From NCBI GenBank assembly GCA_051362555.1, contig JBPQGU010000013.1, positions 124,001 to 188,000 on the forward strand: a DNA stretch of 64,000 nucleotides, read 5' to 3'. The notes beneath the pieces are model-generated. The model saw only the letters and a list, made by a program, of their open reading frames with translations, was not told the DNA's origin and made no database searches. Both the position numbers and the translations under genes were made by a program. This document shows, one piece after another, positions 11,375 to 22,513 of the stretch. Numbering within the stretch: position 1 is the first letter of the stretch; every line of letters begins with the position of its first letter. Origin of the DNA: Lingula anatina. Its lineage: Eukaryota > Animalia > Brachiopoda.

Positions 11375-13297
11375 ATGCCGTACGGTAAAGGTAGCTGGAA
11401 AAAACGAAGAAAAAGTGTATTTGTGAAGGGACACAAGCTATACCATGCAAGACAGAAGTCTGACCAGCCTCCAGAGCCTATTGTGAGAAGATACATCAGA
11501 CCCAGCCAAGAGTTGTACCAGGCAGCCTCCTCTCCACCCCCTGTCGGGCCGCCAGCAACCCTCAGCAGCAACCCTGATGCACCCGTCATCCTCAGACCTA
11601 GGAGGGCCCAGTCAGAGAGTTTGTCCAGCAGCCAGCCCCAACCCCCAGATGATGAATACAAGTTGGTTTCACCAGAAAAAATTGTCAATCTGGTCAACAA
11701 AGTCTTGTCAGAGCATACAGCTGAGTGCACTGGCTCAATGGTTTGGGACAGAGAGGCAGAAAGCAAGTGGGGAGTGGCTTGGTCAATGGGACTAAAATGT
11801 GACACGTGTCAGTACAGGACAGGGAAACAGAAATTGTACAATGAAGTCGAGAGCAAGCAGCGTGGCAGGAGAGCAGCAACGGTGAATGCAGGCTTGCAAG
11901 TAGGCCTGTCACAAAACATGATCTCCAACACGGCCATGAGGCAGATTCTAATGGCGACCAATGTGACCCCGCCCAGTGCATCATCCATGCAAAAGCAAGC
12001 AAATAAAGTCGGTGCTGCTATAACCAAGCTTAACAAAGCTGACATGCAACAGCGCCGTGAGAATCTACGCCGCATTCAAGATCTGAGAGGGTGTGAAGGA
12101 CAGCCCATAGCAGTGGAAGGAGATGGCAGATATAATAATAGTCTGTTTAGTGGAGGGAACAAAACACCATACCAGCCAGCCACTCAGACTGTATACACCG
12201 TTGCAGAAAATGTAACCAGCAAAAAAGACATCATTGGTGTTTACACCGGAAACAAGTTATGCCACACAGCTCACCTGCTTAAAAGTAGAGGGGAAGATGT
12301 ATCCTGTCCAGAGCACAGTGGTATCTGCACGGCGAATCTACGGGAAGACGACAGTATTGGAGACGAGAAACGTGCCATGCAGCAGATCCTCGAGGAAATT
12401 TCTGGAGAGGTCACAGTTGGTGCCTTGACCACTGATGGTGATAGCCGAGCCCACTCTGCATGTGATGATGTCGAAAGTCTTCGGGACACGCGCCACTTCA
12501 GTAAAGCTCTGAAAAAGCAAATTGAAAAAGCACCATTTTCCGGTCAAGTTTTCCCAGGGAAAACAAAGTACTCCAGAGACAAGATGCAGAAACGCTTTGC
12601 TCAGTGCATAGCAATGCGCTGTTATGCTGAATTCGATGCCTGCTATAAAGCAAATAAAGGGGACATAGAATTGATTAAAAGAGCACTGAGTTATGTCACT
12701 GACTCTATAATTAGTTGTTACAACGGTGATTGTGAAAACTGCTTAAAGTATTCTTATGTATGCAAAGGTGGCACGGAAACTATTTTCCCTGAGAAAGGCA
12801 AACTAGACTTTAGCAACTCTGAAGATGTGCACATCTTAAGACAGTGCCTAAATTATAGACTGGGCCCAAGGGCAATTGAATCAACAAAACTTAATACCAA
12901 CACACAAAAAGTGGAGTCTTTAAACCGGACATTTCAGAAAACTAATAATAAAGTTGTCACCTTTTCACGGAACTTCGAAGGCAGGATTCACAGTGCAGTT
13001 CACTTGAGGAATAATGGACTTAAGCAATCCACTTTGTGTAAGATGGCCTCTGTTGGTGTTAGGCCCACTTCTTCAGTTGTTAAATATCTGGAGAAAGATG
13101 AAAAACAGATGAAAATGAGAGTAAATCACAAAAAGACAGTTGCATTTAAGTTAAGAGCTAGACAGAGAATCCTTAGCCGTTACAGAAGATATGACAGATC
13201 TAAAGCATTGAAAAGTAATAATGACTACAGAAGATGCATATCTATGCCAAAACTTGTAATTCCTGATCATAGCTATTCAAAGAGAGCATGTAATTAA
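11375..13297 (+). CDS. Intact DDE transposase, 640 aa (Kolobok/Mutator-like domain)
   Basis: Starts MPYGKGSWKKRRK (basic NLS-like); Zn motif H-x3-C..CDTC; candidate catalytic residues VEGDGRY, LTTDGDS and NTQKVESLN; DTRH (C/DxxH) motif; Cys clusters; C-terminal DHSY; AATAAA just after the stop. Confidence 0.9.
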   Translation: MPYGKGSWKKRRKSVFVKGHKLYHARQKSDQPPEPIVRRYIRPSQELYQAASSPPPVGPPATLSSNPDAPVILRPRRAQSESLSSSQPQPPDDEYKLVSPEKIVNLVNKVLSEHTAECTGSMVWDREAESKWGVAWSMGLKCDTCQYRTGKQKLYNEVESKQRGRRAATVNAGLQVGLSQNMISNTAMRQILMATNVTPPSASSMQKQANKVGAAITKLNKADMQQRRENLRRIQDLRGCEGQPIAVEGDGRYNNSLFSGGNKTPYQPATQTVYTVAENVTSKKDIIGVYTGNKLCHTAHLLKSRGEDVSCPEHSGICTANLREDDSIGDEKRAMQQILEEISGEVTVGALTTDGDSRAHSACDDVESLRDTRHFSKALKKQIEKAPFSGQVFPGKTKYSRDKMQKRFAQCIAMRCYAEFDACYKANKGDIELIKRALSYVTDSIISCYNGDCENCLKYSYVCKGGTETIFPEKGKLDFSNSEDVHILRQCLNYRLGPRAIESTKLNTNTQKVESLNRTFQKTNNKVVTFSRNFEGRIHSAVHLRNNGLKQSTLCKMASVGVRPTSSVVKYLEKDEKQMKMRVNHKKTVAFKLRARQRILSRYRRYDRSKALKSNNDYRRCISMPKLVIPDHSYSKRACN

Positions 13298-13455
13298 AAT
13301 AAAAATGTATGATTTTAAGATACTACTCTGTAATAAACTGGTTGTGAAATATGAAAAAAAGTTTGTTGGTCTTTCTTCTAGTCTTAAAACTTATAAATAT
13401 AATTGAGAAATCTATAAATTAAGTAAATGTAAATTTAATAATAATAACAATAATA

Positions 13456-13821
13456 TTAATAATTATCATGTACACAATTTGGCCCCCGTCTGTGTCTGAG
13501 GCACCTGCCCACATTACGACAATGTAATCTGTTATTGTTGATTCATTGAGGCTCTGCTGTGAGATGATCGGGGTTACAGCACAGACCGACTCCACACGGG
13601 TGGAATGTGTAAAACCCTCTCCTAAGCATAAATGCCACCCTGTGCACTCCAACAGTAACAGAGTGTCTAGCCCCAGGAAATGTAACCCTCCATAACCCAT
13701 AACGGGCCCCACTGGAACAACTGGTGCCCCCAGTCCACAGCCAACAGTATCCCTCCTGTGTGTTATGCAATTTTGCATGTAATTTCGCAAGATATACATC
13801 CTAGAACTGGTCATTAGCCAT
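13456..13821 (-). pseudogene. His-Me finger endonuclease with two in-frame stops
   Basis: Stops at 13801-13803 (TAG) and 13543-13545 (TGA); no frameshift. Confidence 0.85.
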
Positions 13822-13920
13822 TTTTTGTGTGAAATGATGCAAGAGCACCCTTTTATGGCCTGTGCTGCTCTAAATTTAGAAACTAAGCCAAAAGTGAACA
13901 GTTGTCACTTTTCCTGTTCA

Positions 13921-14378
13921 GGGGAGAAACCACCAAAATATTTCCCATTGACGACCATACTAAGAAATGCCTGCAAAACTGCATAAAGAAAATAACTCTG
14001 GGAAACATTTCCCATCTCCATGGACAGCAGACACACTGACATAACTCCAAATGGCAAAAAAATATACTGTCATCAACTCCGCTGTCTTACCGGCATCACT
14101 TGAACATGTGCACCCCTCTGTTTGTAAACAAACCACTGCACCACTCACAGTCAGTAGACCCTTCCGCCAGAGGTCTCACGACTGCACTGCACCTGTGCCT
14201 GGTCCTGAAAAAAAAACTGGCAGTAGTTAACACCCTACTCTGCTAGTTGATACCAAAATTAACCCTAGCAACACACAAGAAATGCCAGGAAAAAAATGGA
14301 AAAAAGCACTCATTTTTTCTCACTGAACTATATTCGTCTATAACAGGTGCTGATTGGTTGATTTGGAGGTTTCTGCCC
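13921..14378 (+). repeat. 458-bp LTDR module with TIRs (reference copy)
   Basis: TTCA|GGGGAGAAACCACCAAA ... TTTGGAGGTTTCTGCCC|TGAG; internal direct motif AAGAAATGCC occurs twice. Confidence 0.82.
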
Positions 14379-15089
14379 TGAGATTCACACAAACCACCCC
14401 CCCTGTTCTTACCTTCTGACACCAAAAATTAAAACCTTAATACACTGCCAACTGCTCCGCCCAATATGACTGAGAACGGTCTCTTGATGACTGAGCCCTG
14501 TCAAGTTGAAAATGTGGTTGCTGTATCGGCCACTCTAGCCAACATTGCACCTGGTGAGAAAGCATAATTTCATGAGTGATAAAAAGTTAAATGTACATTT
14601 CTGTGCCTGAATTTGTTTCAATTGTTTTGAAATTTGGACACCTTATGCTGGACAGGTGTGAAAATCTGAGATAAGCATCTTAACTGGTTGGGCCTAGTTT
14701 AAGTGCACTTTGTTGAGAAATAAAATGTGAAAAGTGGAAAATTACTAATAAAAATATTTTAAAATATCTAAAAATTACTTAAACTCAAGTGCAAGGTTAA
14801 TTGTCACAACTGTTGTTTATGTTTGTTTGTGTTGTTTGTTGTGAGGATACAGGAAATGAGCTTCTTGTCCCTCCCTGCAGAACAATACTCACTGCTAAGC
14901 TGTATACCCCCCTCCTGCACTGGGGCCATGCAGTTTGCTGTTTACAGGAAACCCCACTACCAATCACTGTTCATACCTTTTGTTGTAATGTATCCTGCTT
15001 TCCTGCACACCTGGGAGAGACAATGGGCAGCTGATGCTATAAAATGCCCTGTCTCTGCCTCTGGACTCAGAAGTCACTTTCTATCCACC

Positions 15090-17012
15090 ATGCCGTACGG
15101 TAAAGGTAGCTGGAAAAAACGAAGAAAAAGTGTATTTGTGAAGGGACACAAGCTATACCATGCAAGACAGAAGTCTGACCAGCCTCCAGAGCCTATTGTG
15201 AGAAGATACATCAGACCCAGCCAAGAGTTGTACCAGGCAGCCTCCTCTCCACCCCCTGTCGGGCCGCCAGCAACCCTCAGCAGCAACCCTGATGCACCCG
15301 TCATCCTCAGACCTAGGAGGGCCCAGTCAGAGAGTTTGTCCAGCAGCCAGCCCCAACCCCCAGATGATGAATACAAGTTGGTTTCACCAGAAAAAATTGT
15401 CAATCTGGTCAACAAAGTCTTGTCAGAGCATACAGCTGAGTGCACTGGCTCAATGGTTTGGGACAGAGAGGCAGAAAGCAAGTGGGGAGTGGCTTGGTCA
15501 ATGGGACTAAAATGTGACACGTGTCAGTACAGGACAGGGAAACAGAAATTGTACAATGAAGTCGAGAGCAAGCAGCGTGGCAGGAGAGCAGCAACGGTGA
15601 ATGCAGGCTTGCAAGTAGGCCTGTCACAAAACATGATCTCCAACACGGCCATGAGGCAGATTCTAATGGCGACCAATGTGACCCCGCCCAGTGCATCATC
15701 CATGCAAAAGCAAGCAAATAAAGTCGGTGCTGCTATAACCAAGCTTAACAAAGCTGACATGCAACAGCGCCGTGAGAATCTACGCCGCATTCAAGATCTG
15801 AGAGGGTGTGAAGGACAGCCCATAGCAGTGGAAGGAGATGGCAGATATAATAATAGTCTGTTTAGTGGAGGGAACAAAACACCATACCAGCCAGCCACTC
15901 AGACTGTATACACCGTTGCAGAAAATGTAACCAGCAAAAAAGACATCATTGGTGTTTACACCGGAAACAAGTTATGCCACACAGCTCACCTGCTTAAAAG
16001 TAGAGGGGAAGATGTATCCTGTCCAGAGCACAGTGGTATCTGCACGGCGAATCTACGGGAAGACGACAGTATTGGAGACGAGAAACGTGCCATGCAGCAG
16101 ATCCTCGAGGAAATTTCTGGAGAGGTCACAGTTGGTGCCTTGACCACTGATGGTGATAGCCGAGCCCACTCTGCATGTGATGATGTCGAAAGTCTTCGGG
16201 ACACGCGCCACTTCAGTAAAGCTCTGAAAAAGCAAATTGAAAAAGCACCATTTTCCGGTCAAGTTTTCCCAGGGAAAACAAAGTACTCCAGAGACAAGAT
16301 GCAGAAACGCTTTGCTCAGTGCATAGCAATGCGCTGTTATGCTGAATTCGATGCCTGCTATAAAGCAAATAAAGGGGACATAGAATTGATTAAAAGAGCA
16401 CTGAGTTATGTCACTGACTCTATAATTAGTTGTTACAACGGTGATTGTGAAAACTGCTTAAAGTATTCTTATGTATGCAAAGGTGGCACGGAAACTATTT
16501 TCCCTGAGAAAGGCAAACTAGACTTTAGCAACTCTGAAGATGTGCACATCTTAAGACAGTGCCTAAATTATAGACTGGGCCCAAGGGCAATTGAATCAAC
16601 AAAACTTAATACCAACACACAAAAAGTGGAGTCTTTAAACCGGACATTTCAGAAAACTAATAATAAAGTTGTCACCTTTTCACGGAACTTCGAAGGCAGG
16701 ATTCACAGTGCAGTTCACTTGAGGAATAATGGACTTAAGCAATCCACTTTGTGTAAGATGGCCTCTGTTGGTGTTAGGCCCACTTCTTCAGTTGTTAAAT
16801 ATCTGGAGAAAGATGAAAAACAGATGAAAATGAGAGTAAATCACAAAAAGACAGTTGCATTTAAGTTAAGAGCTAGACAGAGAATCCTTAGCCGTTACAG
16901 AAGATATGACAGATCTAAAGCATTGAAAAGTAATAATGACTACAGAAGATGCATATCTATGCCAAAACTTGTAATTCCTGATCATAGCTATTCAAAGAGA
17001 GCATGTAATTAA
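15090..17012 (+). CDS. Intact DDE transposase, 640 aa
   Basis: Protein identical to 11375-13297. Confidence 0.9.
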   Translation: MPYGKGSWKKRRKSVFVKGHKLYHARQKSDQPPEPIVRRYIRPSQELYQAASSPPPVGPPATLSSNPDAPVILRPRRAQSESLSSSQPQPPDDEYKLVSPEKIVNLVNKVLSEHTAECTGSMVWDREAESKWGVAWSMGLKCDTCQYRTGKQKLYNEVESKQRGRRAATVNAGLQVGLSQNMISNTAMRQILMATNVTPPSASSMQKQANKVGAAITKLNKADMQQRRENLRRIQDLRGCEGQPIAVEGDGRYNNSLFSGGNKTPYQPATQTVYTVAENVTSKKDIIGVYTGNKLCHTAHLLKSRGEDVSCPEHSGICTANLREDDSIGDEKRAMQQILEEISGEVTVGALTTDGDSRAHSACDDVESLRDTRHFSKALKKQIEKAPFSGQVFPGKTKYSRDKMQKRFAQCIAMRCYAEFDACYKANKGDIELIKRALSYVTDSIISCYNGDCENCLKYSYVCKGGTETIFPEKGKLDFSNSEDVHILRQCLNYRLGPRAIESTKLNTNTQKVESLNRTFQKTNNKVVTFSRNFEGRIHSAVHLRNNGLKQSTLCKMASVGVRPTSSVVKYLEKDEKQMKMRVNHKKTVAFKLRARQRILSRYRRYDRSKALKSNNDYRRCISMPKLVIPDHSYSKRACN

Positions 17013-17170
17013 AATAAAAATGTATGATTTTAAGATACTACTCTGTAATAAACTGGTTGTGAAATATGAAAAAAAGTTTGTTGGTCTTTCTTCTAGTCTT
17101 AAAACTTATAAATATAATTGAGAAATCTATAAATTAAGTAAATGTAAATTTAATAATAATAACAATAATA

Positions 17171-17536
17171 TTAATAATTATCATGTACACAATTTGGCCC
17201 CCGTCTGTGTCTGAGGCACCTGCCCACATTACGACAATGTAATCTGTTATTGTTGATTCATTGAGGCTCTGCTGTGAGATGATCGGGGTTACAGCACAGA
17301 CCGACTCCACACGGGTGGAATGTGTAAAACCCTCTCCTAAGCATAAATGCCACCCTGTGCACTCCAACAGTAACAGAGTGTCTAGCCCCAGGAAATGTAA
17401 CCCTCCATAACCCATAACGGGCCCCACTGGAACAACTGGTGCCCCCAGTCCACAGCCAACAGTATCCCTCCTGTGTGTTATGCAATTTTGCATGTAATTT
17501 CGCAAGATATACATCCTAGAACTGGTCATTAGCCAT
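17171..17536 (-). pseudogene. His-Me finger endonuclease with two in-frame stops
   Basis: Identical copy. Confidence 0.85.
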
Positions 17537-17635
17537 TTTTTGTGTGAAATGATGCAAGAGCACCCTTTTATGGCCTGTGCTGCTCTAAATTTAGAAACTA
17601 AGCCAAAAGTGAACAGTTGTCACTTTTCCTGTTCA

Positions 17636-18093
17636 GGGGAGAAACCACCAAAATATTTCCCATTGACGACCATACTAAGAAATGCCTGCAAAACTGCATA
17701 AAGAAAATAACTCTGGGAAACATTTCCCATCTCCATGGACAGCAGACACACTGACATAACTCCAAATGGCAAAAAAATATACTGTCATCAACTCCGCTGT
17801 CTTACCGGCATCACTTGAACATGTGCACCCCTCTGTTTGTAAACAAACCACTGCACCACTCACAGTCAGTAGACCCTTCCGCCAGAGGTCTCACGACTGC
17901 ACTGCACCTGTGCCTGGTCCTGAAAAAAAAACTGGCAGTAGTTAACACCCTACTCTGCTAGTTGATACCAAAATTAACCCTAGCAACACACAAGAAATGC
18001 CAGGAAAAAAATGGAAAAAAGCACTCATTTTTTCTCACTGAACTATATTCGTCTATAACAGGTGCTGATTGGTTGATTTGGAGGTTTCTGCCC
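17636..18093 (+). repeat. LTDR module with TIRs
   Basis: Identical copy. Confidence 0.82.
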
Positions 18094-18801
18094 TGAGATT
18101 CACACAAACCACCCCCCCTGTTCTTACCTTCTGACACCAAAAATTAAAACCTTAATACACTGCCAACTGCTCCGCCCAATATGACTGAGAACGGTCTCTT
18201 GATGACTGAGCCCTGTCAAGTTGAAAATGTGGTTGCTGTATCGGCCACTCTAGCCAACATTGCACCTGGTGAGAAAGCATAATTTCATGAGTGATAAAAA
18301 GTTAAATGTACATTTCTGTGCCTGAATTTGTTTCAATTGTTTTGAAATTTGGACACCTTATGCTGGACAGGTGTGAAAATCTGAGATAAGCATCTTAACT
18401 GGTTGGGCCTAGTTTAAGTGCACTTTGTTGAGAAATAAAATGTGAAAAGTGGAAAATTACTAATAAAAATATTTTAAAATATCTAAAAATTACTTAAACT
18501 CAAGTGCAAGGTTAATTGTCACAACTGTTGTTTATGTTTGTTTGTGTTTGTTGTGAGGATACAGGAAATGAGCTTCTTGTCCCTCCCTGCAGAACAATAC
18601 TCACTGCTAAGCTGTATACCCCCCTCCTGCACTGGGGCCATGCAGTTTGCTGTTTACAGGAAACCCCACTACCAATCACTGTTCATACCTTTTGTTGTAA
18701 TGTATCCTGCTTTCCTGCACACCTGGGAGAGACAATGGGCAGCTGATGCTATAAAATGCCCTGTCTCTGCCTCTGGACTCAGAAGTCACTTTCTATCCAC
18801 C

Positions 18802-20724
18802 ATGCCGTACGGTAAAGGTAGCTGGAAAAAACGAAGAAAAAGTGTATTTGTGAAGGGACACAAGCTATACCATGCAAGACAGAAGTCTGACCAGCCTCCA
18901 GAGCCTATTGTGAGAAGATACATCAGACCCAGCCAAGAGTTGTACCAGGCAGCCTCCTCTCCACCCCCTGTCGGGCCGCCAGCAACCCTCAGCAGCAACC
19001 CTGATGCACCCGTCATCCTCAGACCTAGGAGGGCCCAGTCAGAGAGTTTGTCCAGCAGCCAGCCCCAACCCCCAGATGATGAATACAAGTTGGTTTCACC
19101 AGAAAAAATTGTCAATCTGGTCAACAAAGTCTTGTCAGAGCATACAGCTGAGTGCACTGGCTCAATGGTTTGGGACAGAGAGGCAGAAAGCAAGTGGGGA
19201 GTGGCTTGGTCAATGGGACTAAAATGTGACACGTGTCAGTACAGGACAGGGAAACAGAAATTGTACAATGAAGTCGAGAGCAAGCAGCGTGGCAGGAGAG
19301 CAGCAACGGTGAATGCAGGCTTGCAAGTAGGCCTGTCACAAAACATGATCTCCAACACGGCCATGAGGCAGATTCTAATGGCGACCAATGTGACCCCGCC
19401 CAGTGCATCATCCATGCAAAAGCAAGCAAATAAAGTCGGTGCTGCTATAACCAAGCTTAACAAAGCTGACATGCAACAGCGCCGTGAGAATCTACGCCGC
19501 ATTCAAGATCTGAGAGGGTGTGAAGGACAGCCCATAGCAGTGGAAGGAGATGGCAGATATAATAATAGTCTGTTTAGTGGAGGGAACAAAACACCATACC
19601 AGCCAGCCACTCAGACTGTATACACCGTTGCAGAAAATGTAACCAGCAAAAAAGACATCATTGGTGTTTACACCGGAAACAAGTTATGCCACACAGCTCA
19701 CCTGCTTAAAAGTAGAGGGGAAGATGTATCCTGTCCAGAGCACAGTGGTATCTGCACGGCGAATCTACGGGAAGACGACAGTATTGGAGACGAGAAACGT
19801 GCCATGCAGCAGATCCTCGAGGAAATTTCTGGAGAGGTCACAGTTGGTGCCTTGACCACTGATGGTGATAGCCGAGCCCACTCTGCATGTGATGATGTCG
19901 AAAGTCTTCGGGACACGCGCCACTTCAGTAAAGCTCTGAAAAAGCAAATTGAAAAAGCACCATTTTCCGGTCAAGTTTTCCCAGGGAAAACAAAGTACTC
20001 CAGAGACAAGATGCAGAAACGCTTTGCTCAGTGCATAGCAATGCGCTGTTATGCTGAATTCGATGCCTGCTATAAAGCAAATAAAGGGGACATAGAATTG
20101 ATTAAAAGAGCACTGAGTTATGTCACTGACTCTATAATTAGTTGTTACAACGGTGATTGTGAAAACTGCTTAAAGTATTCTTATGTATGCAAAGGTGGCA
20201 CGGAAACTATTTTCCCTGAGAAAGGCAAACTAGACTTTAGCAACTCTGAAGATGTGCACATCTTAAGACAGTGCCTAAATTATAGACTGGGCCCAAGGGC
20301 AATTGAATCAACAAAACTTAATACCAACACACAAAAAGTGGAGTCTTTAAACCGGACATTTCAGAAAACTAATAATAAAGTTGTCACCTTTTCACGGAAC
20401 TTCGAAGGCAGGATTCACAGTGCAGTTCACTTGAGGAATAATGGACTTAAGCAATCCACTTTGTGTAAGATGGCCTCTGTTGGTGTTAGGCCCACTTCTT
20501 CAGTTGTTAAATATCTGGAGAAAGATGAAAAACAGATGAAAATGAGAGTAAATCACAAAAAGACAGTTGCATTTAAGTTAAGAGCTAGACAGAGAATCCT
20601 TAGCCGTTACAGAAGATATGACAGATCTAAAGCATTGAAAAGTAATAATGACTACAGAAGATGCATATCTATGCCAAAACTTGTAATTCCTGATCATAGC
20701 TATTCAAAGAGAGCATGTAATTAA
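18802..20724 (+). CDS. Intact DDE transposase, 640 aa
   Basis: Protein identical to 11375-13297. Confidence 0.9.
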   Translation: MPYGKGSWKKRRKSVFVKGHKLYHARQKSDQPPEPIVRRYIRPSQELYQAASSPPPVGPPATLSSNPDAPVILRPRRAQSESLSSSQPQPPDDEYKLVSPEKIVNLVNKVLSEHTAECTGSMVWDREAESKWGVAWSMGLKCDTCQYRTGKQKLYNEVESKQRGRRAATVNAGLQVGLSQNMISNTAMRQILMATNVTPPSASSMQKQANKVGAAITKLNKADMQQRRENLRRIQDLRGCEGQPIAVEGDGRYNNSLFSGGNKTPYQPATQTVYTVAENVTSKKDIIGVYTGNKLCHTAHLLKSRGEDVSCPEHSGICTANLREDDSIGDEKRAMQQILEEISGEVTVGALTTDGDSRAHSACDDVESLRDTRHFSKALKKQIEKAPFSGQVFPGKTKYSRDKMQKRFAQCIAMRCYAEFDACYKANKGDIELIKRALSYVTDSIISCYNGDCENCLKYSYVCKGGTETIFPEKGKLDFSNSEDVHILRQCLNYRLGPRAIESTKLNTNTQKVESLNRTFQKTNNKVVTFSRNFEGRIHSAVHLRNNGLKQSTLCKMASVGVRPTSSVVKYLEKDEKQMKMRVNHKKTVAFKLRARQRILSRYRRYDRSKALKSNNDYRRCISMPKLVIPDHSYSKRACN

Positions 20725-20882
20725 AATAAAAATGTATGATTTTAAGATACTACTCTGTAATAAACTGGTTGTGAAATATGAAAAAAAGTTTGTTGGTCTT
20801 TCTTCTAGTCTTAAAACTTATAAATATAATTGAGAAATCTATAAATTAAGTAAATGTAAATTTAATAATAATAACAATAATA

Positions 20883-21248
20883 TTAATAATTATCATGTAC
20901 ACAATTTGGCCCCCGTCTGTGTCTGAGGCACCTGCCCACATTACGACAATGTAATCTGTTATTGTTGATTCATTGAGGCTCTGCTGTGAGATGATCGGGG
21001 TTACAGCACAGACCGACTCCACACGGGTGGAATGTGTAAAACCCTCTCCTAAGCATAAATGCCACCCTGTGCACTCCAACAGTAACAGAGTGTCTAGCCC
21101 CAGGAAATGTAACCCTCCATAACCCATAACGGGCCCCACTGGAACAACTGGTGCCCCCAGTCCACAGCCAACAGTATCCCTCCTGTGTGTTATGCAATTT
21201 TGCATGTAATTTCGCAAGATATACATCCTAGAACTGGTCATTAGCCAT
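20883..21248 (-). pseudogene. His-Me finger endonuclease with two in-frame stops
   Basis: Identical copy. Confidence 0.85.
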
Positions 21249-21347
21249 TTTTTGTGTGAAATGATGCAAGAGCACCCTTTTATGGCCTGTGCTGCTCTAA
21301 ATTTAGAAACTAAGCCAAAAGTGAACAGTTGTCACTTTTCCTGTTCA

Positions 21348-21805
21348 GGGGAGAAACCACCAAAATATTTCCCATTGACGACCATACTAAGAAATGCCTG
21401 CAAAACTGCATAAAGAAAATAACTCTGGGAAACATTTCCCATCTCCATGGACAGCAGACACACTGACATAACTCCAAATGGCAAAAAAATATACTGTCAT
21501 CAACTCCGCTGTCTTACCGGCATCACTTGAACATGTGCACCCCTCTGTTTGTAAACAAACCACTGCACCACTCACAGTCAGTAGACCCTTCCGCCAGAGG
21601 TCTCACGACTGCACTGCACCTGTGCCTGGTCCTGAAAAAAAAACTGGCAGTAGTTAACACCCTACTCTGCTAGTTGATACCAAAATTAACCCTAGCAACA
21701 CACAAGAAATGCCAGGAAAAAAATGGAAAAAAGCACTCATTTTTTCTCACTGAACTATATTCGTCTATAACAGGTGCTGATTGGTTGATTTGGAGGTTTC
21801 TGCCC
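21348..21805 (+). repeat. LTDR module with TIRs
   Basis: Identical copy. Confidence 0.82.
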
Positions 21806-22513
21806 TGAGATTCACACAAACCACCCCCCCTGTTCTTACCTTCTGACACCAAAAATTAAAACCTTAATACACTGCCAACTGCTCCGCCCAATATGACTGA
21901 GAACGGTCTCTTGATGACTGAGCCCTGTCAAGTTGAAAATGTGGTTGCTGTATCGGCCACTCTAGCCAACATTGCACCTGGTGAGAAAGCATAATTTCAT
22001 GAGTGATAAAAAGTTAAATGTACATTTCTGTGCCTGAATTTGTTTCAATTGTTTTGAAATTTGGACACCTTATGCTGGACAGGTGTGAAAATCTGAGATA
22101 AGCATCTTAACTGGTTGGGCCTAGTTTAAGTGCACTTTGTTGAGAAATAAAATGTGAAAAGTGGAAAATTACTAATAAAAATATTTTAAAATATCTAAAA
22201 ATTACTTAAACTCAAGTGCAAGGTTAATTGTCACAACTGTTGTTTATGTTTGTTTGTGTTTGTTGTGAGGATACAGGAAATGAGCTTCTTGTCCCTCCCT
22301 GCAGAACAATACTCACTGCTAAGCTGTATACCCCCCTCCTGCACTGGGGCCATGCAGTTTGCTGTTTACAGGAAACCCCACTACCAATCACTGTTCATAC
22401 CTTTTGTTGTAATGTATCCTGCTTTCCTGCACACCTGGGAGAGACAATGGGCAGCTGATGCTATAAAATGCCCTGTCTCTGCCTCTGGACTCAGAAGTCA
22501 CTTTCTATCCACC

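Noticed and set aside
11359-12547. Recurrent antisense and alternative-frame ORFs (148, 102, 88, 72, 69, 64 aa) within the transposase
   Set aside because: They recur only because the DNA is identical between units; no recognisable motifs
13921-14378. Interpretation of the direct repeats as retrotransposon LTRs
   Set aside because: No TG...CA ends, no evident PBS/PPT, and no gag, RT or integrase; the internal gene is a DDE DNA transposase
14637-14664. ACACCT-n10-AGGTGTGAAA small palindrome / T-box-like site upstream of the transposase
   Set aside because: Short enough to occur by chance; no independent support
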